In this document: positions 37,951 to 47,149 of the stretch, in pieces
Position numbering within the stretch: the first letter of the stretch is position 1
Layout: every line of letters begins with the position of its first letter
Source: Leucoraja ocellata
Taxonomy: Eukaryota
Direction of reading: 5' to 3'
Length of the DNA stretch: 64,000 nt
Assembly: GCA_036785375.1 (NCBI GenBank)
Contig: JAWMAR010000594.1
Span: forward strand, 744,001-808,000
Notes under the pieces: model-generated
Databases searched by the model: none
Told to the model about the DNA's origin: nothing
Seen by the model: the letters and a program-made list of their open reading frames with translations, nothing else
Translations under genes and position numbers: made by a program

Positions 37951-40900
37951 GAAACATAGAAAATAGGTGCAGGAGGCCATTCGAGCCAGCACCGCCATTC
38001 ATTGCGATCATGGCTGATCGTCCCCAATCAATAACCCGTGCCTGCCTTCTCCCCATATCCCTTGATTCCACTAGCCCCTAGAGCTCTATCTAACTTTCTC
38101 TTAAATCCATCCAGTGATTTGGCCTTCACTGCCCTCTGTGGCAGGGAATTTCACAAATTCACAACTCTGGGTGAAAACGTTTCTTCTCACCTCAGTCTTA
38201 AATGGCCTCCCTTTTATTCTAAGACTGTGGCCCCTGGTTCTGGACTCGCCCAACATTGGGAACATTTTTCCTGCATCTAGCTTGTCCAGTCCTTTTATCA
38301 TTTTATATGTTTCAATAAGATCCCCCTCATCCTTCTAAACTCCAGTGAATACAAGCCTAGTCTTTTCAATTTTTCCTCATGACAGTCCCGCCATCCCAGG
38401 GATCAATCTCGTGAACCTACGCTGCACTGCCTCAATCACAAGGATGTCCTTCCTCAAATTAGATCAAAACTGTACGCAATACTCCAGATGTGGTCTTACC
38501 AGAGCCCTATACAACTGCAGAAGAACCTCTCTGCTACTATACTGAAATCCTTTTGTTATGAAGGCCAACATTCCATTAGCTTTCTTCACTGGCTGCTGTA
38601 CCTGCACGCTAACTTTCAGTGACCTGTGTACAAGGACACCCAGGTCTCGCTGTACCTCCCCCTTACCTAACCTAACCCCATTGAGATAATAATCTGCCCC
38701 CTTGTTTTTGCTACCAAAGTGGATAACCTCACATTTATCTATATTATACTGCATCTGCCCACTCACTCAACCTGTCCAGGTTCCCCTGCAACCTCCTAAC
38801 ATCCTCATCACAGTTCACACTGCCACCCAGCTTTGTGTCATCCGCAAACTTGCTAGTGTGCTCCTAATTCCCTCTTCCAAATCATTAATATATCTGGTAA
38901 ACAGTTGCGGCCCCAACACCGATCCTTGCGGCACTCCACTCGCCACTGCCTGCCATTCTGAAAAGGACCCGTTCACTCCTACTCTTTGCTTCCTGTCTGC
39001 CAACCAATTTTCTATCCACGTCAACACCCTACCCCCAATACCATGTGCTCTAATTTTAGTCCTGTCTGCCAACCAATTTTCTATCCACGTCAACACCCTA
39101 CCCCCAATACCACGTGCTCTAATTTTAGTCACCAGTCTCCCGTGCGGGACCTTATCAAAGGCTTTCTGAAAGTCTAGATACACTACATCCACTGGCTCCC
39201 CTCATTCATTTTACTTGTCACATCTTCAAAAAATTCCAGAAGATTAGTCAAGCATGATTTTCCTTTCATAAATCCATGCTGACTTGGACTAATCCTTTTA
39301 CTGCTATCCTGCCCCATTATTACCTCTTTAATAATTGACTCCAGCATCTTTCCCACCACCGAAGTCAGGCTAACTGGGCTGTAATTCCCCGTTTCTTCTC
39401 TCGCTCCTTTCTTGAAAAGTGGGATAACATTAGCTATCCTCCAATCCACAGGAACTGATCCTGAATCTATTGAACATTGGAAAATTATCACCAATGCGTC
39501 CACTATTTCTAGAGCCACCTCCCTGAGGACCCTAGGCTGCCGTCCATCAGGCCCCGTGGATTTATCATCCTTCAGTCCCATTAGCCTACCCAATACTATT
39601 TCTCGCCTAATGAAAATTTCTTTCAGGTCCTCGATCCCCTTGGATCCTCTGTCCTCCAGTACTTCTGGGAGATTGTTTGTGTCTTCCTTAGTGAAGACAT
39701 ATCCGAAGTACCTGTTCAACTCTTCTGCCATTTCCTTGTTCCCCATAATAATTTCACCCGTGACTGCCTTCAAGGGACCTACATTTGACTGCTACTCTTT
39801 TTCCCTTAACATATCTGAAGAAGTTTTTACTGTCCTTCTTTATATTCCTGGCCAGCTTCCCTTCGTACTTCATCTTTTCAGCCCGTATTGCCCGTTTTGT
39901 TTCCTTCTGTTGTCCTATGAAAGTTTCCCAATCCTCTGGCTTCCGGCTACCCTTTGCTGTGTTATACATCTTTTCTTTTAGTTTTATTCTATCCCTAACT
40001 TCTCTTGTCAGGCACGGTTACCTCCTACTCCCCTTAGAATCTTTCTTCCTTTTTGGAATGAAATGATCCTGCGTCTTCCGGATTATGCCCAGAAATTCCT
40101 GCATTTGCTGTTTCCACTGTCATTCCTGCTAGTATCCCTTTCCAGCTTGGCCAGCTCCTCTCTCATGCCTTCATAATCCCCTTTATTCAGCTGCATCACT
40201 GCCACTCCCATCTCCTTCTCAAATTGCAGATTAAAACTAATCATATTATGATCACTACCTCCAAACGGTTCCTTTACCTTGAGTTCTCTTATCAAATTTG
40301 GTTCATTGGACAACACTAAATCCAGAATTGCCTTTTCTCTGTTCGACTCCATTACAAGCTGCTCTAAGAATCCTTCTCGGAGGCACTCTACAAACTCTCC
40401 TGAACCAACCTAATTTTCCCAGTCTACCTGCATATTGAAATCCCCCATCACCACAGTGGCATTACCTTTGTTACATGCAAGTTTTAACTCCTGCTGCAAC
40501 TTACACCCTACATCCGGGCTACTATTTGGGGGTTTGTAGATAACACCAATTAGTGTCTTCTTGCCTTTGCAATTCCTCAACTCAATCCACAGTGACTATT
40601 CCTCATCAGTCCCTATGTCTTCCCACGCAAGGGACTGAATTTCATTCCTCACCAGAAGAGCTACCCCCCACCTCGGACCAGCTTCCCTGTCCTTTCTATA
40701 GGATGTATAATCCTGAATATTAAGTTCCAAGACCCGATCCTCCTGCAGCCACGTCTCGGTAATCCACACAATGTCATATCTACCAACCTCTCTGAGCCTC
40801 AAGCTCATCTACTTTATACTTCTTATACTTCGCGCATTCAAATATAGCACTTTTAATTCCTTACGCATCTCACCATTCACATCAATCCCCACTACACTTG

Positions 40901-41385
40901 GCCATACTCTCCTATCCCTTTGTGAACTATCTTTCTCGTTAATTATGTGGTCATTAACTATCCCTTTAACTCCGTCCTTGACTATCCCATTTGACACCCC
41001 CCTTATTTAGTTTAAAACCATGTATGTCGCAGTGGCAAACCTGCCTGCCAGAATGCCGGTCCCCCACCTGTTCAGGTGCAATCCGTCCCTTTTGTACAGT
41101 TCCCCCGAACTCCAAAACAGATCCCAGTGGTTTAAGAATCTAAATCCCTGCCCCCTGCACCAGTTCCCCAGCCACACATTAAGGTCCTGTATCTCCCTGT
41201 TCCTGCTCTCGCCAGCACGAGGAACTGGAAGCAAACCGGAGATAACCACTCCTGCTTTTCAGCACTTTTCCAAGCTCTCTAAAGTCACGCTTCAGAATAT
41301 TCATCCCCTTCTTTCCGACATTGTTTGTGCCAATATGCACTACAACCCCCGGCTGTTTACCTTCGCCCTTGAGGAATTTCTGCAC
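37951..41385 (-). mobile_element. CR1 LINE, 5'-truncated and decayed (ORF1 esterase + ORF2 endonuclease/RT)
   Basis: ORF1 SGNH motifs VHIGTNN and DGLHLN; EN YLNARSI, ITETW, GSDH; RT QHGF.KGKSCLTNLL, YLDFQKAFDKVPH, GVPQGSVLGP; 3' tail at 37951. Confidence 0.93.
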
Positions 41386-41958
41386 TGAGAGAATGAGAGA
41401 CCCACTGATAAAATGATAAAAAAGCTTTTTCTCCAACTTTGCTATTGAACTATAATACTTATGCTACAATACTTGTGTGATGAAAACTATTGGATTTACC
41501 AGTTTGAATTTCTGAATGGATAGGACTTGGACCAACTAATTGAAATCTCGTCCAGTGAAAAAACAAAAGTGCAAATTGAGCCGTCTGGGATATATTCCTG
41601 CATTTTACACACCAGGTAGATTGAATTAGCTGCAGAGTAAATAACACATTGAGAAATCAATGTCATCAGATTACAGAAGGGGAGCAGGCAGTCAAGGAGA
41701 AATAATCTACTTTTTATCGGCTTCAAAACTGTGGAATAACATAATCCAGGCAGAATTGTTATATTTTCTAAAAAATACCACCCACATTGTGTGATGACAG
41801 CTCAGATTTATATTTAGTGTGAACTTAAATGTAATTAGACCTGCTGCTCTACCTATTGCCAACCCAATGGGTGACCACCAGAAATCTTGATGTGTGTGGC
41901 ACATTTTGCTGACAACTGCCCCACAATGAAATGAAATAGGTCAGGCTTGGGGAGCAGA

Positions 41959-42021
41959 TTTTACTTCGGAGTCACGTGAGGGACTCCATGAAGAAGCCCG
42001 CCCACAGCGCCAGCGTGTCAT
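41959..42021 (+). repeat. DIRS left ITR
   Basis: 41959-41994 is the exact reverse complement of 46729-46764; 41987-42021 is the exact reverse complement of 46953-46987. Confidence 0.93.
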
Positions 42022-42136
42022 ATCGCAAACAACGCATGGACGTGTCACACCTGGGGAGAACGTCCCCGTGAATGGGAGAGTAAAAAGCCGACGAACGGCA
42101 GGTAAGTGACTCTGCATTTCTAACTTTGTTGTAGGA

Positions 42137-43630
42137 ATGGACAGAGCACCTCGCAGGAAATCGGCGAGAAAGGAGCAGCAAGAAAGTCGGGAAGGAGCCG
42201 GGGACCTGCAGCAGCAGCAGCCGATGCCACAGGTGTTACCGATGGAGGAACCAGCTGTGCCCGACTTGAACCCCGCGCCGGCAAAATCGATTTCACGGCC
42301 GGGCGGGAAGGCAAAACAAAAGTCCCGTCACCTTAATACTGGTGCTGGGGACGCTGCTTATCAGTTCAAGAGAACTGACGAGGAGCTGCGGGAAATGGAG
42401 CAGCCAGGAGCGGCCAGCCCTACGGAGCTGGAAAGCCGCTACCAATGGATGGATGTCCAGCCGCCGGCGACAGGTGCTCGTGAGTACCGGGGCCGGGAAG
42501 GACGGCAGGAGAATATTGGGCGGCCAGGAGCGACCAGTGCAGGGAGGCATGGGGACCGGCTGCGGGAACCGCGAGCGACTAGTGCCCGAGTGCACGGAAG
42601 TCGGTTGGAGCGGCCCGGTAAGCACCCGCGATCGACTAGCGCCCTAGAGCGCGAAAGTCGGCTGGAGCGGCTGCTGGACGAAATTGTCCGAAGTGGCAGG
42701 CTCCGTCGGAGCGAGGATAGCCACGGTGGGCACAATGTAAGCCCCACAGCAGGTTCCCTTAAAGGGCTGCAAAATATATCAGACTCCTCTGAGGAGGATA
42801 TCGAATGTCTGACCAGCTCAGAGTCTGAGCAAGAGGTGGAACCGTTGTCTCCCATTGAAGGGAAGGAACGCAGCTTACTGGACATGGTGGGACAGTACTT
42901 CCAACAGGAGCAGACCGGCAGGAACCTCGAGGACAGGATGGCTGCAAGTATCGACTACATGTCCACACACCAGTTGCAGGCTAATACGATGGCTGAAGTA
43001 TTGGCAAGGCACTTACCACCAGGGAATTGTACTGCGCTGCATGTAGCCAGTGTAAACAGGTGTATCTGGAAGCATGTGGGGGGGGGTATTAGAAATCAGG
43101 ATCTTAAGGTCCAAAATGCCCTCAAAAGTCTCACAGCGGGGATTACAGCTTTGGCCCGTTCGTTTGAGAAAGTGCAGATGGATAATGACCAAAAGGATGC
43201 ATTAGCATTGTTCTGTAATGTACAGTTGGAATTGAATAATTTAAGAAAGGGAGCTATTCAGCCTGTGCTAGACCCTAAATTTGCCGGTTTGTGCAAGCAG
43301 AGGGATATAAAACCCCAAACCCTACTATTTGGTGGAGACTTGTCTAAACAAGTCAAAGAGTTGGATGAGGAGGCCAAGACATTGGGGCTGATAAGGGCAG
43401 CCAAAGGGTACCTAGGGAAGAGATTCCAACCCTATGGGCGTCCAAAGAAGGGTGGGCTCTATAATGCCACCAGGAATTGGAGAGAGAGGAGCCCCCAGCG
43501 GCAGCAGCGTCCTTTTTTAGGGTTTGGCCCGGGACGTCCGCCGTGGAAAATGCGGAAGCCAGTACATCAGCAGGCATCGCAACCTCAACATCAAGGGCCT
43601 CCAAATCCACGACCAAAAATAAGGAAATAA
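42137..43630 (+). CDS. DIRS ORF1 gag-like protein (497 aa)
   Basis: First ORF of the element; disordered repetitive N-terminus, helical core homologous to the other copies, basic C-terminus. Confidence 0.9.
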   Translation: MDRAPRRKSARKEQQESREGAGDLQQQQPMPQVLPMEEPAVPDLNPAPAKSISRPGGKAKQKSRHLNTGAGDAAYQFKRTDEELREMEQPGAASPTELESRYQWMDVQPPATGAREYRGREGRQENIGRPGATSAGRHGDRLREPRATSARVHGSRLERPGKHPRSTSALERESRLERLLDEIVRSGRLRRSEDSHGGHNVSPTAGSLKGLQNISDSSEEDIECLTSSESEQEVEPLSPIEGKERSLLDMVGQYFQQEQTGRNLEDRMAASIDYMSTHQLQANTMAEVLARHLPPGNCTALHVASVNRCIWKHVGGGIRNQDLKVQNALKSLTAGITALARSFEKVQMDNDQKDALALFCNVQLELNNLRKGAIQPVLDPKFAGLCKQRDIKPQTLLFGGDLSKQVKELDEEAKTLGLIRAAKGYLGKRFQPYGRPKKGGLYNATRNWRERSPQRQQRPFLGFGPGRPPWKMRKPVHQQASQPQHQGPPNPRPKIRK

Positions 43631-45576
43631 ATAAATTATCACCGATAACCATGGAGGTAGGTGAATCTGCGGCTCCGAAAGTTGTAGGGAGCACGGAAGT
43701 TGGAGGGGCATTGCAACTTCATTTGGAAGCATGGTGCAATATAACTATGGACAGATATATCCTTAGCAGTATTAAGGGATATCTGATAGAGTTTTTATAC
43801 AAACATAACCCTCCAGTACAACATACACCGGACAGAAAATATATACTTACAAAATTAGAACAAGCAAAAGCTCACATAGAAATTGAAAGGTTATTCAATC
43901 AAGGGGTAATTGAACAAACTAAACCTGAAAAACAGGAGTTTGTCTCTAACATATTTATTAGGAATAAGAAAGATGGGGGTTGTCGTGTGATTATTGATTT
44001 GTCAACACTTAACAAATTTGTGCAATATGTTCATTTTAAAATGGATACGTTTAGCACTGCTATAGACTTAGTGTCTAAAGGTTATTTTATGGCAAGTATT
44101 GATCTTAAGGATGCTTATTATACAATACCCATAAGAAATAGACACAGGAGGTTTTTGAAATTTAATTGGATGGGACAGCTTTGGCAGTATAAGGCTTTGC
44201 CAAATGGGCTTACGTCAGCGCCTAGGTTATTTACAAAAATTCTTAAACCAGCCTTGGCATTATTGCGACAACAAAATCATAGAGTAATGGCATATTTGGA
44301 TGATATTCTTATAGTGGGGAAAACTTATGAATTGGCATGTAAGGCAGTGGTCGCCACTAAGCAATTGTTTGAACACCTGGGGTTCATTATCCATCCAATT
44401 AAGTCTAAATTAACACCATCAACTAAAATGGATTACCTGGGGTTCACCATTAACTCAATTGATATGTTAGTGACTTTACCACTAGGGAAAGCCACAGAAA
44501 TACAAAAGGATTGCACAGAGCTTATTAATACCGTTAAACCATCCATTAGACGGGTAGCCAGAATGATTGGAAAAATTGTGGCTACATTTCCTGCCATACA
44601 ATTTGGACCATTACATTACCAAAATTTACAGAGAGACAAAATTAGAGCACTCAAAATTAACAGAGGCCATTTTGATAGGCCAATGGAGCTAACTATTGAA
44701 GCAATAAAAGAGTTACAATGGTGGGAACACAATGTGAAGTATGGCTCCAACCCAATAGTTATAGACAACCCGTCTGTGGTATTACAAACAGATGCCAGTG
44801 CAATTGGTTGGGGTGCAACGGATACCATCTCGAGCTGTGGAGGGAGATGGAGTATTCAAGAAGCTAACCTACTAAATACTAAGGGTATAAATTATTTAGA
44901 AATGTTAAGTGCATTTCATGGGCTTAAGTCTTTCTGCTCAGGCATGAATCAGCAGCATGTTAGATTGCAGATAGACAATACCACGGTGGTGGCATATATA
45001 AATCATATGGGTGGAAATATATCAATATCTTGTGATATATTGGCAAATTTAATTTGGCAATGGTGTATACAAAGGAATATTTGGTTATCGGCTACGTATC
45101 TACCAGGGATACTAAATTCAGTGGCGGACGCCAGGTCACGAAAATTTAATGAAAATACAGAATGGATGTTGAATAGAAAGGTCTTCGGGGAAATTACGGT
45201 GAAGTATGGAAGACCGGATATTGATCTTTTTGCATCCAGGTTAAATCACCAGTTACCTAGGTATGTATCATGGGAACCAGATCCTGGGGCAGAAGCTACA
45301 GATGCATTTTCACTGCACTGGGGGAAATGGTTAATATATGCATTTCCTCCTTTCTGCCTCATCAATCGGGTACTAAGGAAAATTCAACAGGATTCGGCAT
45401 CTGGGATTCTCATAGTACCTGATTGGCCTACACAACCATGGTTCTCGGTGATACAAGATATGGTTTTAGAACCATGTATGCACTTTAAACAAAGTCCGAA
45501 GTTGCTGGTACATCCGGTAACTCATGATAGCCATCCATGTTATAAAAATATTGCTTTGTTGGCTTGTAGACTTTGA
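43477..45576 (+). CDS. DIRS pol: RT + RNase H + methyltransferase-like domain (true start uncertain, see findings)
   Basis: IDLKDAY, LPNGLTSAP, YLDD; TDAS, INYLE, IDN, ADARSR; DIDLFAS, YAFPPF. Overlaps gag in the -1 frame. Confidence 0.95.
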   Translation: MEREEPPAAAASFFRVWPGTSAVENAEASTSAGIATSTSRASKSTTKNKEINKLSPITMEVGESAAPKVVGSTEVGGALQLHLEAWCNITMDRYILSSIKGYLIEFLYKHNPPVQHTPDRKYILTKLEQAKAHIEIERLFNQGVIEQTKPEKQEFVSNIFIRNKKDGGCRVIIDLSTLNKFVQYVHFKMDTFSTAIDLVSKGYFMASIDLKDAYYTIPIRNRHRRFLKFNWMGQLWQYKALPNGLTSAPRLFTKILKPALALLRQQNHRVMAYLDDILIVGKTYELACKAVVATKQLFEHLGFIIHPIKSKLTPSTKMDYLGFTINSIDMLVTLPLGKATEIQKDCTELINTVKPSIRRVARMIGKIVATFPAIQFGPLHYQNLQRDKIRALKINRGHFDRPMELTIEAIKELQWWEHNVKYGSNPIVIDNPSVVLQTDASAIGWGATDTISSCGGRWSIQEANLLNTKGINYLEMLSAFHGLKSFCSGMNQQHVRLQIDNTTVVAYINHMGGNISISCDILANLIWQWCIQRNIWLSATYLPGILNSVADARSRKFNENTEWMLNRKVFGEITVKYGRPDIDLFASRLNHQLPRYVSWEPDPGAEATDAFSLHWGKWLIYAFPPFCLINRVLRKIQQDSASGILIVPDWPTQPWFSVIQDMVLEPCMHFKQSPKLLVHPVTHDSHPCYKNIALLACRL

Positions 45577-46544
45577 AGGAACCTCTACGAGACATGGGGC
45601 TATCCAGTAGAACTGTGGATATGATCACAGCAGCGCAAAGAACGTCAACACATAAGCAATATTTAACTCACATTAGAAAATGGATAAATTACTGCCATTA
45701 TAATCATCTGGAGCACAGAGATAAGAATGTGCCGGCAGTGCTAGAGTTCCTCACCAGTCTGCACTACGAAGGATTGAGTTATAGCACAGTTAATACTGCC
45801 AGAAGTGCGTTATCAACCTTTTTGTGGCAAGGAACAGATAGTGTTTCAGTGGGATCTCATCCGCTGGTAATTAAACTGTTAAAAGGAATTTTCAACACCA
45901 GACCGCCTAAACCAAGATACACCCAGATTTGGGATGCTAGTGTGGTCCTCAACATGCTAAGGACTTGGTCACCGGCCACAGCATTGACTCTGGACATGTT
46001 GACTAGAAAAGTGGTTATGCTGATGGCATTGGTCACAGCACAGAGGGTCCAGTCACTGCAAAAGTTGAGACTGGATAGCTTCTCTATGGCGGCAGGACGT
46101 TTGGTCTTTGTAATACAGGATTTAATTAAACAAAATAGACCAGGATCAGCAGGACAGGTCATTGAATTTCTGGCTTACCCGGAGGACGAACGTCTCTGTA
46201 TTATGGAACATATTTTGTTGTACATGGAACGGACTAAGGCCATTAGAGGCAAAGAAATGGGGCTGTTAATCAGCTATAGGAAACCATACCACAGGGTGTC
46301 TACCCAGACTATTTCTCGGTGGATTAAATATGGATTAAGGAAGGCAGGAGTGGACACTAATATTTTTAAATCTCACTCCACCAGGGCGGCAGCTACATCC
46401 GCAGCGAAACGCCTTGAGGTCTCCATGGACCAAATCCTCAGGACTGCAGGATGGTCGTCGGAGAGGACATTTCAAAAATTCTATAATAAACCACTTAGTG
46501 GTGTAGAAACGTTTTCGCGGAAACTTTTAAGTTCCGTATTATAA
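45573..46544 (+). CDS. DIRS tyrosine recombinase (SAM-like N-domain + phage-integrase catalytic domain)
   Basis: Catalytic set present: R (AQRVQ), K (IKQNR), HxxR (HSTR), W (AGWS), Y (KFYNK). Confidence 0.95.
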   Translation: MKEPLRDMGLSSRTVDMITAAQRTSTHKQYLTHIRKWINYCHYNHLEHRDKNVPAVLEFLTSLHYEGLSYSTVNTARSALSTFLWQGTDSVSVGSHPLVIKLLKGIFNTRPPKPRYTQIWDASVVLNMLRTWSPATALTLDMLTRKVVMLMALVTAQRVQSLQKLRLDSFSMAAGRLVFVIQDLIKQNRPGSAGQVIEFLAYPEDERLCIMEHILLYMERTKAIRGKEMGLLISYRKPYHRVSTQTISRWIKYGLRKAGVDTNIFKSHSTRAAATSAAKRLEVSMDQILRTAGWSSERTFQKFYNKPLSGVETFSRKLLSSVL

Positions 46545-46728
46545 TTTATCCCTGATAAACAAGGGTTTATGATTTGAAGTAATAAATATTATTTATTGTT
46601 ACGGTAAACAATTGATGTCAATGTTTTTCTTGGTTTTAAAAAATCATTAACAATTTCTCCCAAACTACCAAGGCAGTTGTGAAGCATGGACTCGGTTTTC
46701 CAGGGCATGAGGTCACAGAGCTTTGAAA

Positions 46729-46841
46729 TCTTCATGGAGTCCCTCACGTGACTCCGAAGTAAAATAGTAAGATTAAACGAGAACTTACCAGTTTGAAGTT
46801 TGATCTGTATTTTATGAGGAGGAACGTTGAGGGGATACATG
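46729..46841 (+). repeat. DIRS internal complementary region (ICR)
   Basis: 46729-46764 is complementary to the element start and 46765-46841 to the element end (46984-47060), i.e. a copy of the circle junction. Confidence 0.93.
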
Positions 46842-46952
46842 CCCTCCGCTCCCACCCTCGTAGGGTCAAATCTTAAGCTGGTATCTCTTTAATAATCTTG
46901 CTATTTTAGGTCAATATTGGATATCTGTGACCTCACACCTCTGCTTTGAAGG

Positions 46953-47060
46953 ATGACACGCTGGCGCTGTGGGCGGGCTTCTTCATGTATCCCCTCAACG
47001 TTCCTCCTCATAAAATACAGATCAAACTTCAAACTGGTAAGTTCTCGTTTAATCTTACTA
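46953..47060 (+). repeat. DIRS right ITR plus right extension
   Basis: Inverted match to the left ITR, followed by the segment complementary to the ICR. Confidence 0.92.
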
Positions 47061-47149
47061 TTATTCTGCAAACTCTCTCTCACAGCACTTTCAAAATATC
47101 ACCAGGTCACGCTGCTATCTAAGGGATCATGCACTTGTCCTCATAGGCA

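Larger units (their letters stand above)
41959..47060 (+). mobile_element. Complete, apparently intact DIRS1 retrotransposon (copy A, 5.1 kb)
   Basis: Three uninterrupted ORFs; perfectly matched left ITR, ICR and right ITR; no conventional TSD; ATT at both junctions. Confidence 0.97.

Noticed and set aside
45573-46544. Phage integrase plus Dam-like methylase and RT suggesting a prophage, retron or bacterial defence system
   Set aside because: The gag-RT-RH-MT-YR order with ITR/ICR is the known DIRS1 architecture, and it sits in vertebrate repeat DNA
46765-47060. Long perfect inverted repeat as a miRNA/ncRNA hairpin or terminator
   Set aside because: Fully explained by DIRS ICR-terminus complementarity; the same structure occurs in copies B and E
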